59,154 nucleotides of DNA, from positions 1-59,154 of the IMG/VR virus record IMGVR_UViG_3300034072_000679; one strand, written 5' to 3'. Below, in pieces: positions 8,866 to 17,165 of this stretch. The position numbers and the translations under genes were made by a program. The notes under the pieces were generated by a model that worked only from the letters and a program-made list of their open reading frames with translations, was not told where the DNA came from and did not search any database. The stretch comes from a virus. The first letter of the stretch is position 1; each line of letters opens with the position of its first letter.

Positions 8866-9675
8866 ATGCGCCTGTTCTACCACCCTGAAAGCGATAGCCT
8901 GTTCCTCTCTGAGCCGGGAGACTGGCAGAACTCGGCAGACGGCGCGCTCTCCGAAGATGTCAGCGATGACCCGAAGTTCCTTAATCTGGCTACGCTGGAG
9001 GATATCGACGTGAGCCTGATCGAGCCGCTGGAAAGCAGGCCCGCCAAGGCCGTCGGGATGGCGGGAGCGATCACCGAGGCGATGAAGAAGTGGGCGCGCA
9101 AGCCTGCTGATCTCTACCCCACGCCAGTCGATTGCACCTACAGCCTGTTGCCGCATATCGCCGATCTGGTCCCCCCTGACGCGAAAGTGTGGGAGCCTGC
9201 TTGCGCGGACGGCCAGATGGTCAGGCCGCTTGAGCAGTTCGGCTACCGCGTCACGGCTACCGATCTGCGGCCTGACGTGACGGGCGGGGTTGGCGGGATC
9301 GACTTCCTTGATCCCGTCTCTCCTTACCACGATCAGTCGTACGATCTCGTGGCGACCAATCCTCCCTTCGTGGCCGCTGACGCTTTTATCCGGCAAGCTC
9401 TGGAGCAGGCCCCGGTCGTAGTCATGCTCCTCAAGGCGCAGTACTGGAACACGAGGAATCGGAAGAAGCTGTTCCGTGAGACCAAGCCTTACAAGGAGCT
9501 TAACCTGACGTGGCGGCCCGCTTTCCTTGAGAAGGAGCGCGGCAAGTCACCTCTCATGGACTGCATGTGGGTTGTCTGGGTTCGCGGCCACCAAGGGCCT
9601 TGCACTACGGAGATGATTGACCGGCTGCTGGAGTGCCCGGTCAACGTCGGCGCGATGGACATGGGCGGCCTGTGA
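8866..9675 (+). CDS. SAM-dependent DNA methyltransferase (NPPF type), orphan
   Basis: VWEPACADGQ (motif I-like) and LVATNPPF (motif IV); ATG at 8866 after AGAAGGA; ends AMDMGGL. Confidence 0.7.
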   Translation: MRLFYHPESDSLFLSEPGDWQNSADGALSEDVSDDPKFLNLATLEDIDVSLIEPLESRPAKAVGMAGAITEAMKKWARKPADLYPTPVDCTYSLLPHIADLVPPDAKVWEPACADGQMVRPLEQFGYRVTATDLRPDVTGGVGGIDFLDPVSPYHDQSYDLVATNPPFVAADAFIRQALEQAPVVVMLLKAQYWNTRNRKKLFRETKPYKELNLTWRPAFLEKERGKSPLMDCMWVVWVRGHQGPCTTEMIDRLLECPVNVGAMDMGGL

Positions 9676-9989
9676 GACCGAGGAAGGCCCGGAAGAAGGA
9701 GTCCGTTGACGAGCGGGCCACTAGCGCGGAATGGCGTAAGCTCGGCCATGTCGAACTCAAGATCATGGTCGCCAATCACGATGGATGGCCTGATCGCTGG
9801 TACGCGGCCAAGGGTCTCGGTATCCCGTCGTTCTGGTGCGAGTGGAAGGCGGAGGGCGAGCAGCCCGAGCCTCACCAGTTGCTCCGGCACGAGGAGCTTA
9901 GGGCGCAAGGCGAGACGGTGATCGTTGCGCACTCGCGCCGGGAGTTCTGGGAGCAGGTACGCAAGATGCAGGCAGCAGCTAGGTTATGA
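9672..9989 (+). CDS. VRR-NUC domain nuclease
   Basis: GTG at 9672 overlaps upstream TGA (GTGA); DRWY...FWCEWKAEG...QLLRHEELRAQG pattern; usual neighbour of SNF2 in this replication module. Confidence 0.65.
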   Translation: MRPRKARKKESVDERATSAEWRKLGHVELKIMVANHDGWPDRWYAAKGLGIPSFWCEWKAEGEQPEPHQLLRHEELRAQGETVIVAHSRREFWEQVRKMQAAARL

Positions 9990-10220
9990 CGAAGAAGCGT
10001 TGCACTCGTTGTGGCGAGGAGAAGCCGCTAGAGCAGTTCCATCGCAACCGTGCGATGCCGGACGGACGGACGAACCCCTCAGTGCAGCGAATGTCACCTG
10101 AAATATGCTAGAGAGACTCGGTTGCGTCATCGCGCTCGGTTTCTTATTCGCGGAGCCAAGATGCGTTGCCGCAAAAGCGGTGTCGTGTTTGCTCTCGACG
10201 GGTACGAAGCAGAGGTAGAC

Positions 10221-10231
10221 GAAATGATTTC
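10221..10231. repeat. GAAATSATTTC palindrome copy
   Basis: GACGAAATGATTTCGCAA; read D-E-M-I-S. Confidence 0.9.
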
Positions 10232-10429
10232 GCAAGGTTGCGCTTTGACCGGGCTTCCGTTTAACCCTACGGCTGAGCCGCGATTCGATAGTCCGAGTCT
10301 TGATCGTATCCAGCCCGAACTAGGATACGTGCCCGGAAATGTTCGAGTGATCCTGTTCTGCTTGAACGCTGCGCTCGGTAACTGGGGAGAAGATACCTTC
10401 TACGAAGTCGCCAAGGTGTTCGTAGACCG

Positions 10430-10440
10430 GAAATCATTTC
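10430..10440. repeat. GAAATSATTTC palindrome copy
   Basis: CCGGAAATCATTTCCATG; read R-K-S-F-P at the gene end and abuts the SNF2 ATG at 10442. Confidence 0.9.
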
Positions 10441-10441
10441 C

Positions 10442-12190
10442 ATGTTGACCCTAGAGCAGTTCCATCAGTACCAATGGGACGGGTTGGCGCATTGCCACCT
10501 GCACCCGTACTGCGGCTTGTATTACGACGCAGGGTTGGGCAAGACTGCCATCGGCCTGACCTATCTCGTGCAACGGCTCAAGCATCTGCATGTCAGCCGC
10601 CGGGCGCTGGTGATCGCGCCTATCCGAGTTGCCTGCCAGACGTGGCCCAACGAGCTTGCTGAGTGGCAGCATCTCGTGGACACCGAGTACCAGCTTATCC
10701 GGGCGGAGGACACCGACCCCGAGGTCAAGGAGTTCCGGAAGGACGCATACACCCGCGCTCGATCCGGAGGTCTGGAGAACTGGGAGCTTGATGTCTATGA
10801 GGGGCTTTGCCGGGCCTCTCTGGAGCGCAAGTGGACCGAGTTCTGGACTGCCGGTCTGTCTCCGGTTTTCCCTCGCCTGACCGACATGTACGAGTTCGAC
10901 CGGCTCGCGAAGCACAACCGCTGGCTTCACGCTCACGGCGGTCTGCCGCCGGAGGAGGCTGACCGGGCAGCCGGGACGCTTACGACCCAGTTCAAGGACC
11001 GCCTGCGCCGGGCGCAACTTCGCAAGGACGTGCCGCTCCATTTTATCAACCGAGAGGCGCTGCCTTGGCTCGTGGATGTCCTCAAGGAGGAGCGCCGAGG
11101 CTGCCCGTATGATGACGCGATCTATGACGAGGCCAGCGATCTCGGGGACCACAACACCGAGCGGTTCAAGGCCATGCGCGCTCTGCGCCGGGAGTTGAAG
11201 TCGTTTATCCAGATGACCGCGACACCAGCCGCAGAGGGCTACCAGAAGTTGTTCAGCCAGCGATGGCTCATGGACACCGGGGAGCTATGGGGCAACGCGA
11301 TCACGTACTGGCGGGACCAGCACTTCACCTACCAGAGCAAGACGTTCAGCTACAAGCTCAAGAAGGGCCACGACAAGATCATCTCGACCCAGATGGCCGA
11401 TCTGTGCCTTGTGGCGAAAGCCGAGGATCACCTGCCTGCCGTCGCTACAGGATGGGCCGACCTGACCCGCAAGATCGAGCTTGGACCTGAGCTTCGGGAG
11501 ATGGAGCGTGAGTTCATCGAGAGCCGGATTCTGCGCCTGCCAGACAGCGGTAAGTTCGACAAGCTGCCGGACAGCCCTGACGAGTTCATCGACGCAGACA
11601 ACCCGGCGAGCCTGAGCCAGAAGCTCCTCCAGTTCTGTTCTGGCGCAGTCTACGACAAGGACAAGCGGGCGCGAGCGATCCACGATCATAAGATCGAGGA
11701 GCTACGGCAATTGATTGACGAGCTACAGGGTGAGCCGATCCTGCTGGTTTACTGGTGGCAATCTAGCCTCTCCCGTCTGCGGAAAGCGTTTCCGAAGATG
11801 CAAGTCATGGACCGGCAGGGCAGTCAGCAGGACGCATGGAACAAGGGCAAGATCGGTCTGCTTGCAGTACACCCGCAAGGCAGCGAGTTCGGTCTCAACC
11901 TCCAGAAGGGACCGGGCCATGATATCGCGATCTTCGACATGTTCTGGTCCTACGAGAAGTGGTACCAGATACACAAGCGCCTCGCTCGCCAAGGCCAGAC
12001 GCGCCCGGTCCGCTCGTGGCCGCTGGTAGTCAAGGGGTCGGCAGACGAGGTTGCGGTCAAACGGCTGCAAGCGAAAGAGGATGCACAGAACGCGCTTTTC
12101 CGCTATATCCAGAAACTTCGGTCGGAAATCACAGGAGTCGAACATGCCCAGACCAACGATAGAGCCTCACTTGCAGACGCTTTTGACTAG
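10442..12190 (+). CDS. SNF2-family helicase
   Basis: 582 aa; GLGKT (motif I), IYDEASDL (DEAS box), C-terminal helicase lobe. Confidence 0.85.
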   Translation: MLTLEQFHQYQWDGLAHCHLHPYCGLYYDAGLGKTAIGLTYLVQRLKHLHVSRRALVIAPIRVACQTWPNELAEWQHLVDTEYQLIRAEDTDPEVKEFRKDAYTRARSGGLENWELDVYEGLCRASLERKWTEFWTAGLSPVFPRLTDMYEFDRLAKHNRWLHAHGGLPPEEADRAAGTLTTQFKDRLRRAQLRKDVPLHFINREALPWLVDVLKEERRGCPYDDAIYDEASDLGDHNTERFKAMRALRRELKSFIQMTATPAAEGYQKLFSQRWLMDTGELWGNAITYWRDQHFTYQSKTFSYKLKKGHDKIISTQMADLCLVAKAEDHLPAVATGWADLTRKIELGPELREMEREFIESRILRLPDSGKFDKLPDSPDEFIDADNPASLSQKLLQFCSGAVYDKDKRARAIHDHKIEELRQLIDELQGEPILLVYWWQSSLSRLRKAFPKMQVMDRQGSQQDAWNKGKIGLLAVHPQGSEFGLNLQKGPGHDIAIFDMFWSYEKWYQIHKRLARQGQTRPVRSWPLVVKGSADEVAVKRLQAKEDAQNALFRYIQKLRSEITGVEHAQTNDRASLADAFD

Positions 12191-12383
12191 CGAAGCAACG
12201 ATCATCGGATCACTGTTTCAGGTCAACAGGGATGGATCGGGGCCGTTTTACTGCTCGCTTTACGCGCCGGGGCATAGTATCAGTGCGGTGATCTGTCATG
12301 GCAGCGTCTACGCGACCGGGGAGGGCGAGACCCCCGAGGACGCGATCTACACGGCTCGCGAGAAAATGTGGAAAGGACTTTAG
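12144..12383 (+). CDS. Hypothetical protein
   Basis: ATG 12144 six nt after AGGAG; 79 aa; overlaps SNF2 end by 47 nt. Confidence 0.5.
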   Translation: MPRPTIEPHLQTLLTSEATIIGSLFQVNRDGSGPFYCSLYAPGHSISAVICHGSVYATGEGETPEDAIYTAREKMWKGL

Positions 12384-13064
12384 GTGGCTTCGGCGGCGCG
12401 AAAGCAGGCTGATTACGCGGATACGGCTCGGGCAGACGACTCGGAGACCTCGGCCATCATCTACGAGGGCGCGAGCGTCCGGCAGCTTGCCTTGATGTTC
12501 AAGATGGACCCCAAGGTCGTGACCAGTAAGGTCTCCAGCCTCGTGCCGGTCGGTCGCCGCCGGGGCACCCCGATCTACTCGATCCCGGAGGCCGCTTCCC
12601 GGCTCGTGAAGCCCGGCTACGACATCGAGCGGGTCATCATGAACATGAACCACTCGGACTTGCCTCCGATGCTCCAGAACGCTTTCTGGAGCGCCCAGAA
12701 AACCCGTGCGTCGTACGAGGAGATGATTGGTGATCTCTGGCGCACCAGCCGCGTCGTGCGGCTGATCTCTGTCCTGTTCAACAGCGTCCGGATGATCTTG
12801 CTCCTGCTCCCGGACACTATCGAGCGTGAAGCCGGGCTGAGCCGGGAGCAAAAGGCCGTGGTCCGGCGCGTCGTCGAAGGGGCGCTGGTCGAAGGCCGCA
12901 AGGCAATCATGAAGGAGTTTGAAGGTTATGGCGACGGCCCCGAGTACGACGCAGGATGCGGACCTGACGGCCCTCTCCTCGTTCGTGAACACGAGCCGGT
13001 TGACGACCGAGGAACTGGAGTTCCTAGCGCCTCGGAAGCCGAGGACGAGTATAACGGGCTATAG
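12384..13064 (+). CDS. terS: Terminase small subunit (DUF1441/Nu1-like, tentative)
   Basis: GTG directly after upstream TAG; lies immediately upstream of GpA-type TerL; ends EAEDEYNGL. Confidence 0.55.
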   Translation: MASAARKQADYADTARADDSETSAIIYEGASVRQLALMFKMDPKVVTSKVSSLVPVGRRRGTPIYSIPEAASRLVKPGYDIERVIMNMNHSDLPPMLQNAFWSAQKTRASYEEMIGDLWRTSRVVRLISVLFNSVRMILLLLPDTIEREAGLSREQKAVVRRVVEGALVEGRKAIMKEFEGYGDGPEYDAGCGPDGPLLVREHEPVDDRGTGVPSASEAEDEYNGL

Positions 13065-15126
13065 GGACCTCGGAGATGTTGTCTGCCAGACGGTCGAGCA
13101 AGTCTGGCTCGATCCCGATCACCGGAAGCCGTCTGAGTGGGCAGAGCAAGAGCGGTACCTGAATAACGCGCCGGGCTACGTGGGGCCTTGGCGCTTTTCC
13201 TACGCGCCCTATCTCCGTGAGCCGCTGGACAAGCTGGTCGATCCTGATCTCGATGCAGTGATCTTCGTCGGCCCGGCCCAGTGCGGCAAGACCGAGCTTA
13301 TCCTGAACTGGGCGGGCTACTCGATCCGCGCCGAGCCGTCGGACATGACGATCTTCTCGCCGACCCAAGGCAATGCCCGCGACTTCTCGAACCGGCGTAT
13401 CGACCGCCTGCACCGCGACTCGGAACTGGTAGGCAAGGAGTTGCTGGAGAGCCGAGACGCGGACAATAAGTTCGACAAGCACTACAAGAACGGGACGATC
13501 CTCGGTCTCGCGTGGCCGACCAAGGCCGAGCTTGCCGGTAAGCCGATCCCCCGGATCGCGCTGACCGACCGCGACCGCATGGAGGACGACATCGACGGCG
13601 AAGGCGATCCCTTCGATCTGGCGACCAAGCGCACGACCTCGTACGGCTCCTTCGCCATGACGCTCTGCGAGTCCTCGCCCAGCCGGGAGATCACTGACTT
13701 CCGCTATGTCCCCAAGACTCCGCACGAGGCCCCGCCGACTACCGGCATCCTCGCGCTCTACAACCGAGGCGACCGTCGGCGCTGGTACATCCCCTGCGGA
13801 CGCTGCGGGGAGTATTTCGAGCCTCGGTTCGAGCTTCTGGAGTGGGACCCCTTTGCGAACGGCCTTGACGCGGCTGAGACGGTCCGGCTCAAGTGCCCGG
13901 TGTGCGAAGGCCACATCCACCCGGACGAACGCTTCACGCTGGCCCAGAACGGTCTCTGGCTGCCCGACGGCTGCCGGATCGAGCATGGCCGGGTGGTAGG
14001 CACTCCCCGTCGCTCCAAGTACGCGAGCTACTGGCTGGAGGGCTGCTCGGCGGCCTTCACGAATTGGCCTAAGCTCGTCGCGGCCTACCTGACAGCGGAG
14101 GAGGAGTTCGATTCGACGCTCAATGAGGAGCCGCTGCGGAAGTTCTACAACACCGACTTGGGCCGTCCGTACAAGCCGAAGGCGGCTGCCGCAGAGCGTA
14201 CGCCCGAGGACATGATGTCGAGAGCAGAGGACTTCGGGCGCAACGCGGAGACCGGCGAGATCGAAATCATTTCCGAGACGGCTTTCCTGATCGCCACGGT
14301 TGACGTGCAGAAGAACATGTTCGTCGTACAGGTCTGGAGCGTAATCCCCGGTGAGCCGTACGATCTGGCGCTTGTCGAGCGGTTCGACATCCGTAAGTCC
14401 CTTCGCCGGGACGACGACGGAGATGTTCAGTGGGTCAAGCCGGGCACGTATCTAGAGGACTGGGACCTCTTGATCGACCAAGTCATCAAGCGGACATACC
14501 CGATGCAAGGCCGAGAGGAGCGCATGGCGATTCGGATCGTCGGTTGCGACTCTGGCGGTAAGGCGGGCGTTACCGCCAACGCTTACGCGTTCTGGCGCTC
14601 GATCAAGGCTCTCGGGCTTGGAAACCGTTTCCTTTTGCTCAAGGGTACCGGCACCCCGAACGCGCCGCAGGTTCGCGAGACATTCCCGGACGCGAGCGAC
14701 CGCAAGAACCTCGCCACGGCCAGAGGGGATGTCCCGGTCTGGCAGTTGAACTCGAACCTATTGAAGAACGAAGCCAACAACCGTCTTGCGTCCGAAGTTC
14801 CATGTAAAGGGATGGTTCGCATCCCGAAGTGGAACCCGGCTTGGCTGTTTAAGGAGTTCTGTTCTGAAATCTTCAAGGAGAAGGGCTGGGTAAAAGCGCC
14901 CGGTGTACGTAATAACGAAGCGTGGGACTTGCTGTACTATGCTATTGGTCTGTGCATGACTAAGTACATCCGTTGCGAGCGCCCGAGTTTTTGGCAGAAT
15001 GTGCCGGTCTGGGCAGACCCGCAGGACCCTAATAACCCGTTTATTGTCAAGCCCGGCACCGAACCGTTTGCAGAGCGCGCAAAAACTCGTTATGACCTCA
15101 CCGAAATCGCTTCCAAGATCGCTTGA
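12928..15126 (+). CDS. terL: Terminase large subunit, lambda GpA family
   Basis: ATG 12928 ten nt after GAAGGAG; SEWAEQERYL, Walker A GPAQCGKTE; 137-nt overlap with terS. Confidence 0.85.
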   Translation: MATAPSTTQDADLTALSSFVNTSRLTTEELEFLAPRKPRTSITGYRDLGDVVCQTVEQVWLDPDHRKPSEWAEQERYLNNAPGYVGPWRFSYAPYLREPLDKLVDPDLDAVIFVGPAQCGKTELILNWAGYSIRAEPSDMTIFSPTQGNARDFSNRRIDRLHRDSELVGKELLESRDADNKFDKHYKNGTILGLAWPTKAELAGKPIPRIALTDRDRMEDDIDGEGDPFDLATKRTTSYGSFAMTLCESSPSREITDFRYVPKTPHEAPPTTGILALYNRGDRRRWYIPCGRCGEYFEPRFELLEWDPFANGLDAAETVRLKCPVCEGHIHPDERFTLAQNGLWLPDGCRIEHGRVVGTPRRSKYASYWLEGCSAAFTNWPKLVAAYLTAEEEFDSTLNEEPLRKFYNTDLGRPYKPKAAAAERTPEDMMSRAEDFGRNAETGEIEIISETAFLIATVDVQKNMFVVQVWSVIPGEPYDLALVERFDIRKSLRRDDDGDVQWVKPGTYLEDWDLLIDQVIKRTYPMQGREERMAIRIVGCDSGGKAGVTANAYAFWRSIKALGLGNRFLLLKGTGTPNAPQVRETFPDASDRKNLATARGDVPVWQLNSNLLKNEANNRLASEVPCKGMVRIPKWNPAWLFKEFCSEIFKEKGWVKAPGVRNNEAWDLLYYAIGLCMTKYIRCERPSFWQNVPVWADPQDPNNPFIVKPGTEPFAERAKTRYDLTEIASKIA
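14263..14273. repeat. GAAATSATTTC palindrome copy
   Basis: ATCGAAATCATTTCCGAG in terL; read I-E-I-I-S. Confidence 0.9.
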
Positions 15127-15137
15127 GGACCGGCCCC

Positions 15138-15389
15138 ATGGCAGACTGCTCCACTATCGACGCTCGCCTTGCCGCCGCTCGGAAGGCGTACGACGATCTT
15201 ATTCTCGGGCAGGCCGTCTCTCGTTTCGTTGACCAGAACGGCGAGAGCGTGTCCTACTCTCGAACCAACATCAACAGCTTGCTCTCGTATATCCGGCAAC
15301 TGGAGAACGAGAAGGCACAATGCACCGGATCGACGCTTGCGACCTATCGCGGGCCGATCCGGTTCACTTTCGGACGGAGGCGCTACTAG
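15138..15389 (+). CDS. Head-tail joining protein, lambda gpW-like
   Basis: ATG 15138; small protein between TerL and portal; DQNGESVSYSRTNINSLLSYIRQLE pattern. Confidence 0.65.
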   Translation: MADCSTIDARLAAARKAYDDLILGQAVSRFVDQNGESVSYSRTNINSLLSYIRQLENEKAQCTGSTLATYRGPIRFTFGRRRY

Positions 15390-17165
15390 ATGGCAGGCCA
15401 GCAGCAAGCTCAGGAGTTCGGCGAGTCCATCCGGGGGCGCACCGATGTCCAGATTTCCCGCAACGAGCAGGCGCTCGGCGGAGGTCTGGAGGGGGCTGAG
15501 CGTACCAGCCGCGAGACTTACAACTGGCAGGTGGCCTCGGTTCCGCCTGACCGGGCGATCAACAGCGTCAAGGAGCCTGCCGACGCGCGGGCGAAGGACA
15601 TGGTCATCAACGATGGCTACGCCCGTGGCGCGATCCAGTCGCACATGGATTCCATCGTCGGCGCGCAGTTCCGCTTGAACGCCAAGATCGCGTGGAAGAT
15701 GATTCCCGGCGGCACGAAGGAATGGGCCGACGAGGCGCAGCGGATTATCGAGGATCGGTTCCACCTGATCGCCGAGAGCGAAGCCTGCTATCTCGACGCG
15801 GCGGGCATGAACACCTTCACCGGCAAGATCAGGCTCGCGGTGGCCGGGTTTGTCATGACCGGCGAAGTTCTGGAGACCTCGGAGTGGGATCGCTCTGCCG
15901 GGCGACCGATCAAGACGTGCTTCCAGTCGGTCGATCCCAGCCGCCTTCGCAACCCGGATTGGAACAGCGACACTCGCGATCTGCGGCGGGGGGTCAAGGT
16001 GGACAGCCGGGGCAAGCCCCTCGGCTACTACATCCAGCGGAACCACCCGAACTCGTTCTGGTCCGGCGACTACAACATGCTCGACTTCGCGTACATCCCG
16101 CGCATGAAGCCGTGGGGCCGTCCGCAGGTGATCCATATCATCGAGCAGCTTTTCCCGGACCAGCATCGCGGCGTGGCCGATATGGTCGCGGCCCTCAAGC
16201 GTATGCGGATGACCAAGCACTTGCAGGACGTGGTTCTCCAGAACGCGGTCATCAATGCGACCTACTGCGCGGCAATCGAATCGGAGATGCCGACCGCCGA
16301 GATGATCGTTGCCATGGGCGGCGATGCCTCGAACCCCGAGTCGCTCAACGATGCCATCGGTGCGTATCTGGCGGGTCTCCAGAAGTACCTCGCCGGGGCC
16401 GAGAACATTGCGCTCGATGGCGCTATGATTCCTCACCTGTATCCGGGCACCAAGCTCAACATGAAAACGCTGGGCACTCCCGGCGGGGTCGGAACTGATT
16501 TCGAGGCTTCCCTGCTGCGCCATACGGCGGCGGCGCTGGGTATGGACTACGCTGAGTTCAGCCGGGACTATTCTCGTATGTCCTATGCGACTGCCAAGCT
16601 CTCGACCGAGAACACCCGGCGCTCCATGCGCGCTCGTAAGAAGATGGTCGCCGACCGGCTTGCGACGGCGATCTACGGCAACGTGCTGGAGGAGTTCATC
16701 GCTCAGGGCGAGGTCCCGCTGCCGCCGGGCTTCACCCGCGACGACTTCTACCGGCCTCTGATGCGGGAGGCTTTCAGCCGGTGCGCTTGGATCGGGACCG
16801 GGACGGGCCAGATCGACGAACTCAAGGAAACGCAGGCCGCGATCCTCCGGATCAAGGCGGGCTTGTCCACTTATGAGATCGAGATCGGGCGGCTCGGCGA
16901 GGACTGGCGCGAGATTTTCGAGCAGAAGGCACTGGAAGCCGGTGTCATGGCAGAACGCTCGCTGGTGTTCGACATGGGCACCAACAAGGGCAACACCGGC
17001 CAAGGGGGCGATCAGGCCCAGCAGGACGACGCTGAGGACGCTCAGGAGGCTCAGGACGAGGCAGAGATGGACGACAACGGGGACAACGTCACCGTGCGCC
17101 TGCCTGCTGAGCTTGCGCGCCACTTCGGCGATCTGGTACTGGGCGGAAATGGAGGCACACAATGA
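15390..17165 (+). CDS. Portal protein, lambda gpB family
   Basis: 591 aa; position after gpW-like gene; acidic C-terminus. Confidence 0.8.
   Translation: MAGQQQAQEFGESIRGRTDVQISRNEQALGGGLEGAERTSRETYNWQVASVPPDRAINSVKEPADARAKDMVINDGYARGAIQSHMDSIVGAQFRLNAKIAWKMIPGGTKEWADEAQRIIEDRFHLIAESEACYLDAAGMNTFTGKIRLAVAGFVMTGEVLETSEWDRSAGRPIKTCFQSVDPSRLRNPDWNSDTRDLRRGVKVDSRGKPLGYYIQRNHPNSFWSGDYNMLDFAYIPRMKPWGRPQVIHIIEQLFPDQHRGVADMVAALKRMRMTKHLQDVVLQNAVINATYCAAIESEMPTAEMIVAMGGDASNPESLNDAIGAYLAGLQKYLAGAENIALDGAMIPHLYPGTKLNMKTLGTPGGVGTDFEASLLRHTAAALGMDYAEFSRDYSRMSYATAKLSTENTRRSMRARKKMVADRLATAIYGNVLEEFIAQGEVPLPPGFTRDDFYRPLMREAFSRCAWIGTGTGQIDELKETQAAILRIKAGLSTYEIEIGRLGEDWREIFEQKALEAGVMAERSLVFDMGTNKGNTGQGGDQAQQDDAEDAQEAQDEAEMDDNGDNVTVRLPAELARHFGDLVLGGNGGTQ

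Larger units (their letters stand above)
9986..10448 (+). pseudogene. HNH/endonuclease VII-like Zn-finger nuclease interrupted by a 1-nt frameshift at a C4 run (10075-10078)
   Basis: ATG 9986 gives MTKKRCTRCGEEKPLEQFHRNRAMPDGRTNP then stops. Frame +1 (ORF 10050..10448) continues PQCSECHLKY...SPSLDRIQPELGYVPGNV. Removing one C joins them. Confidence 0.65.
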
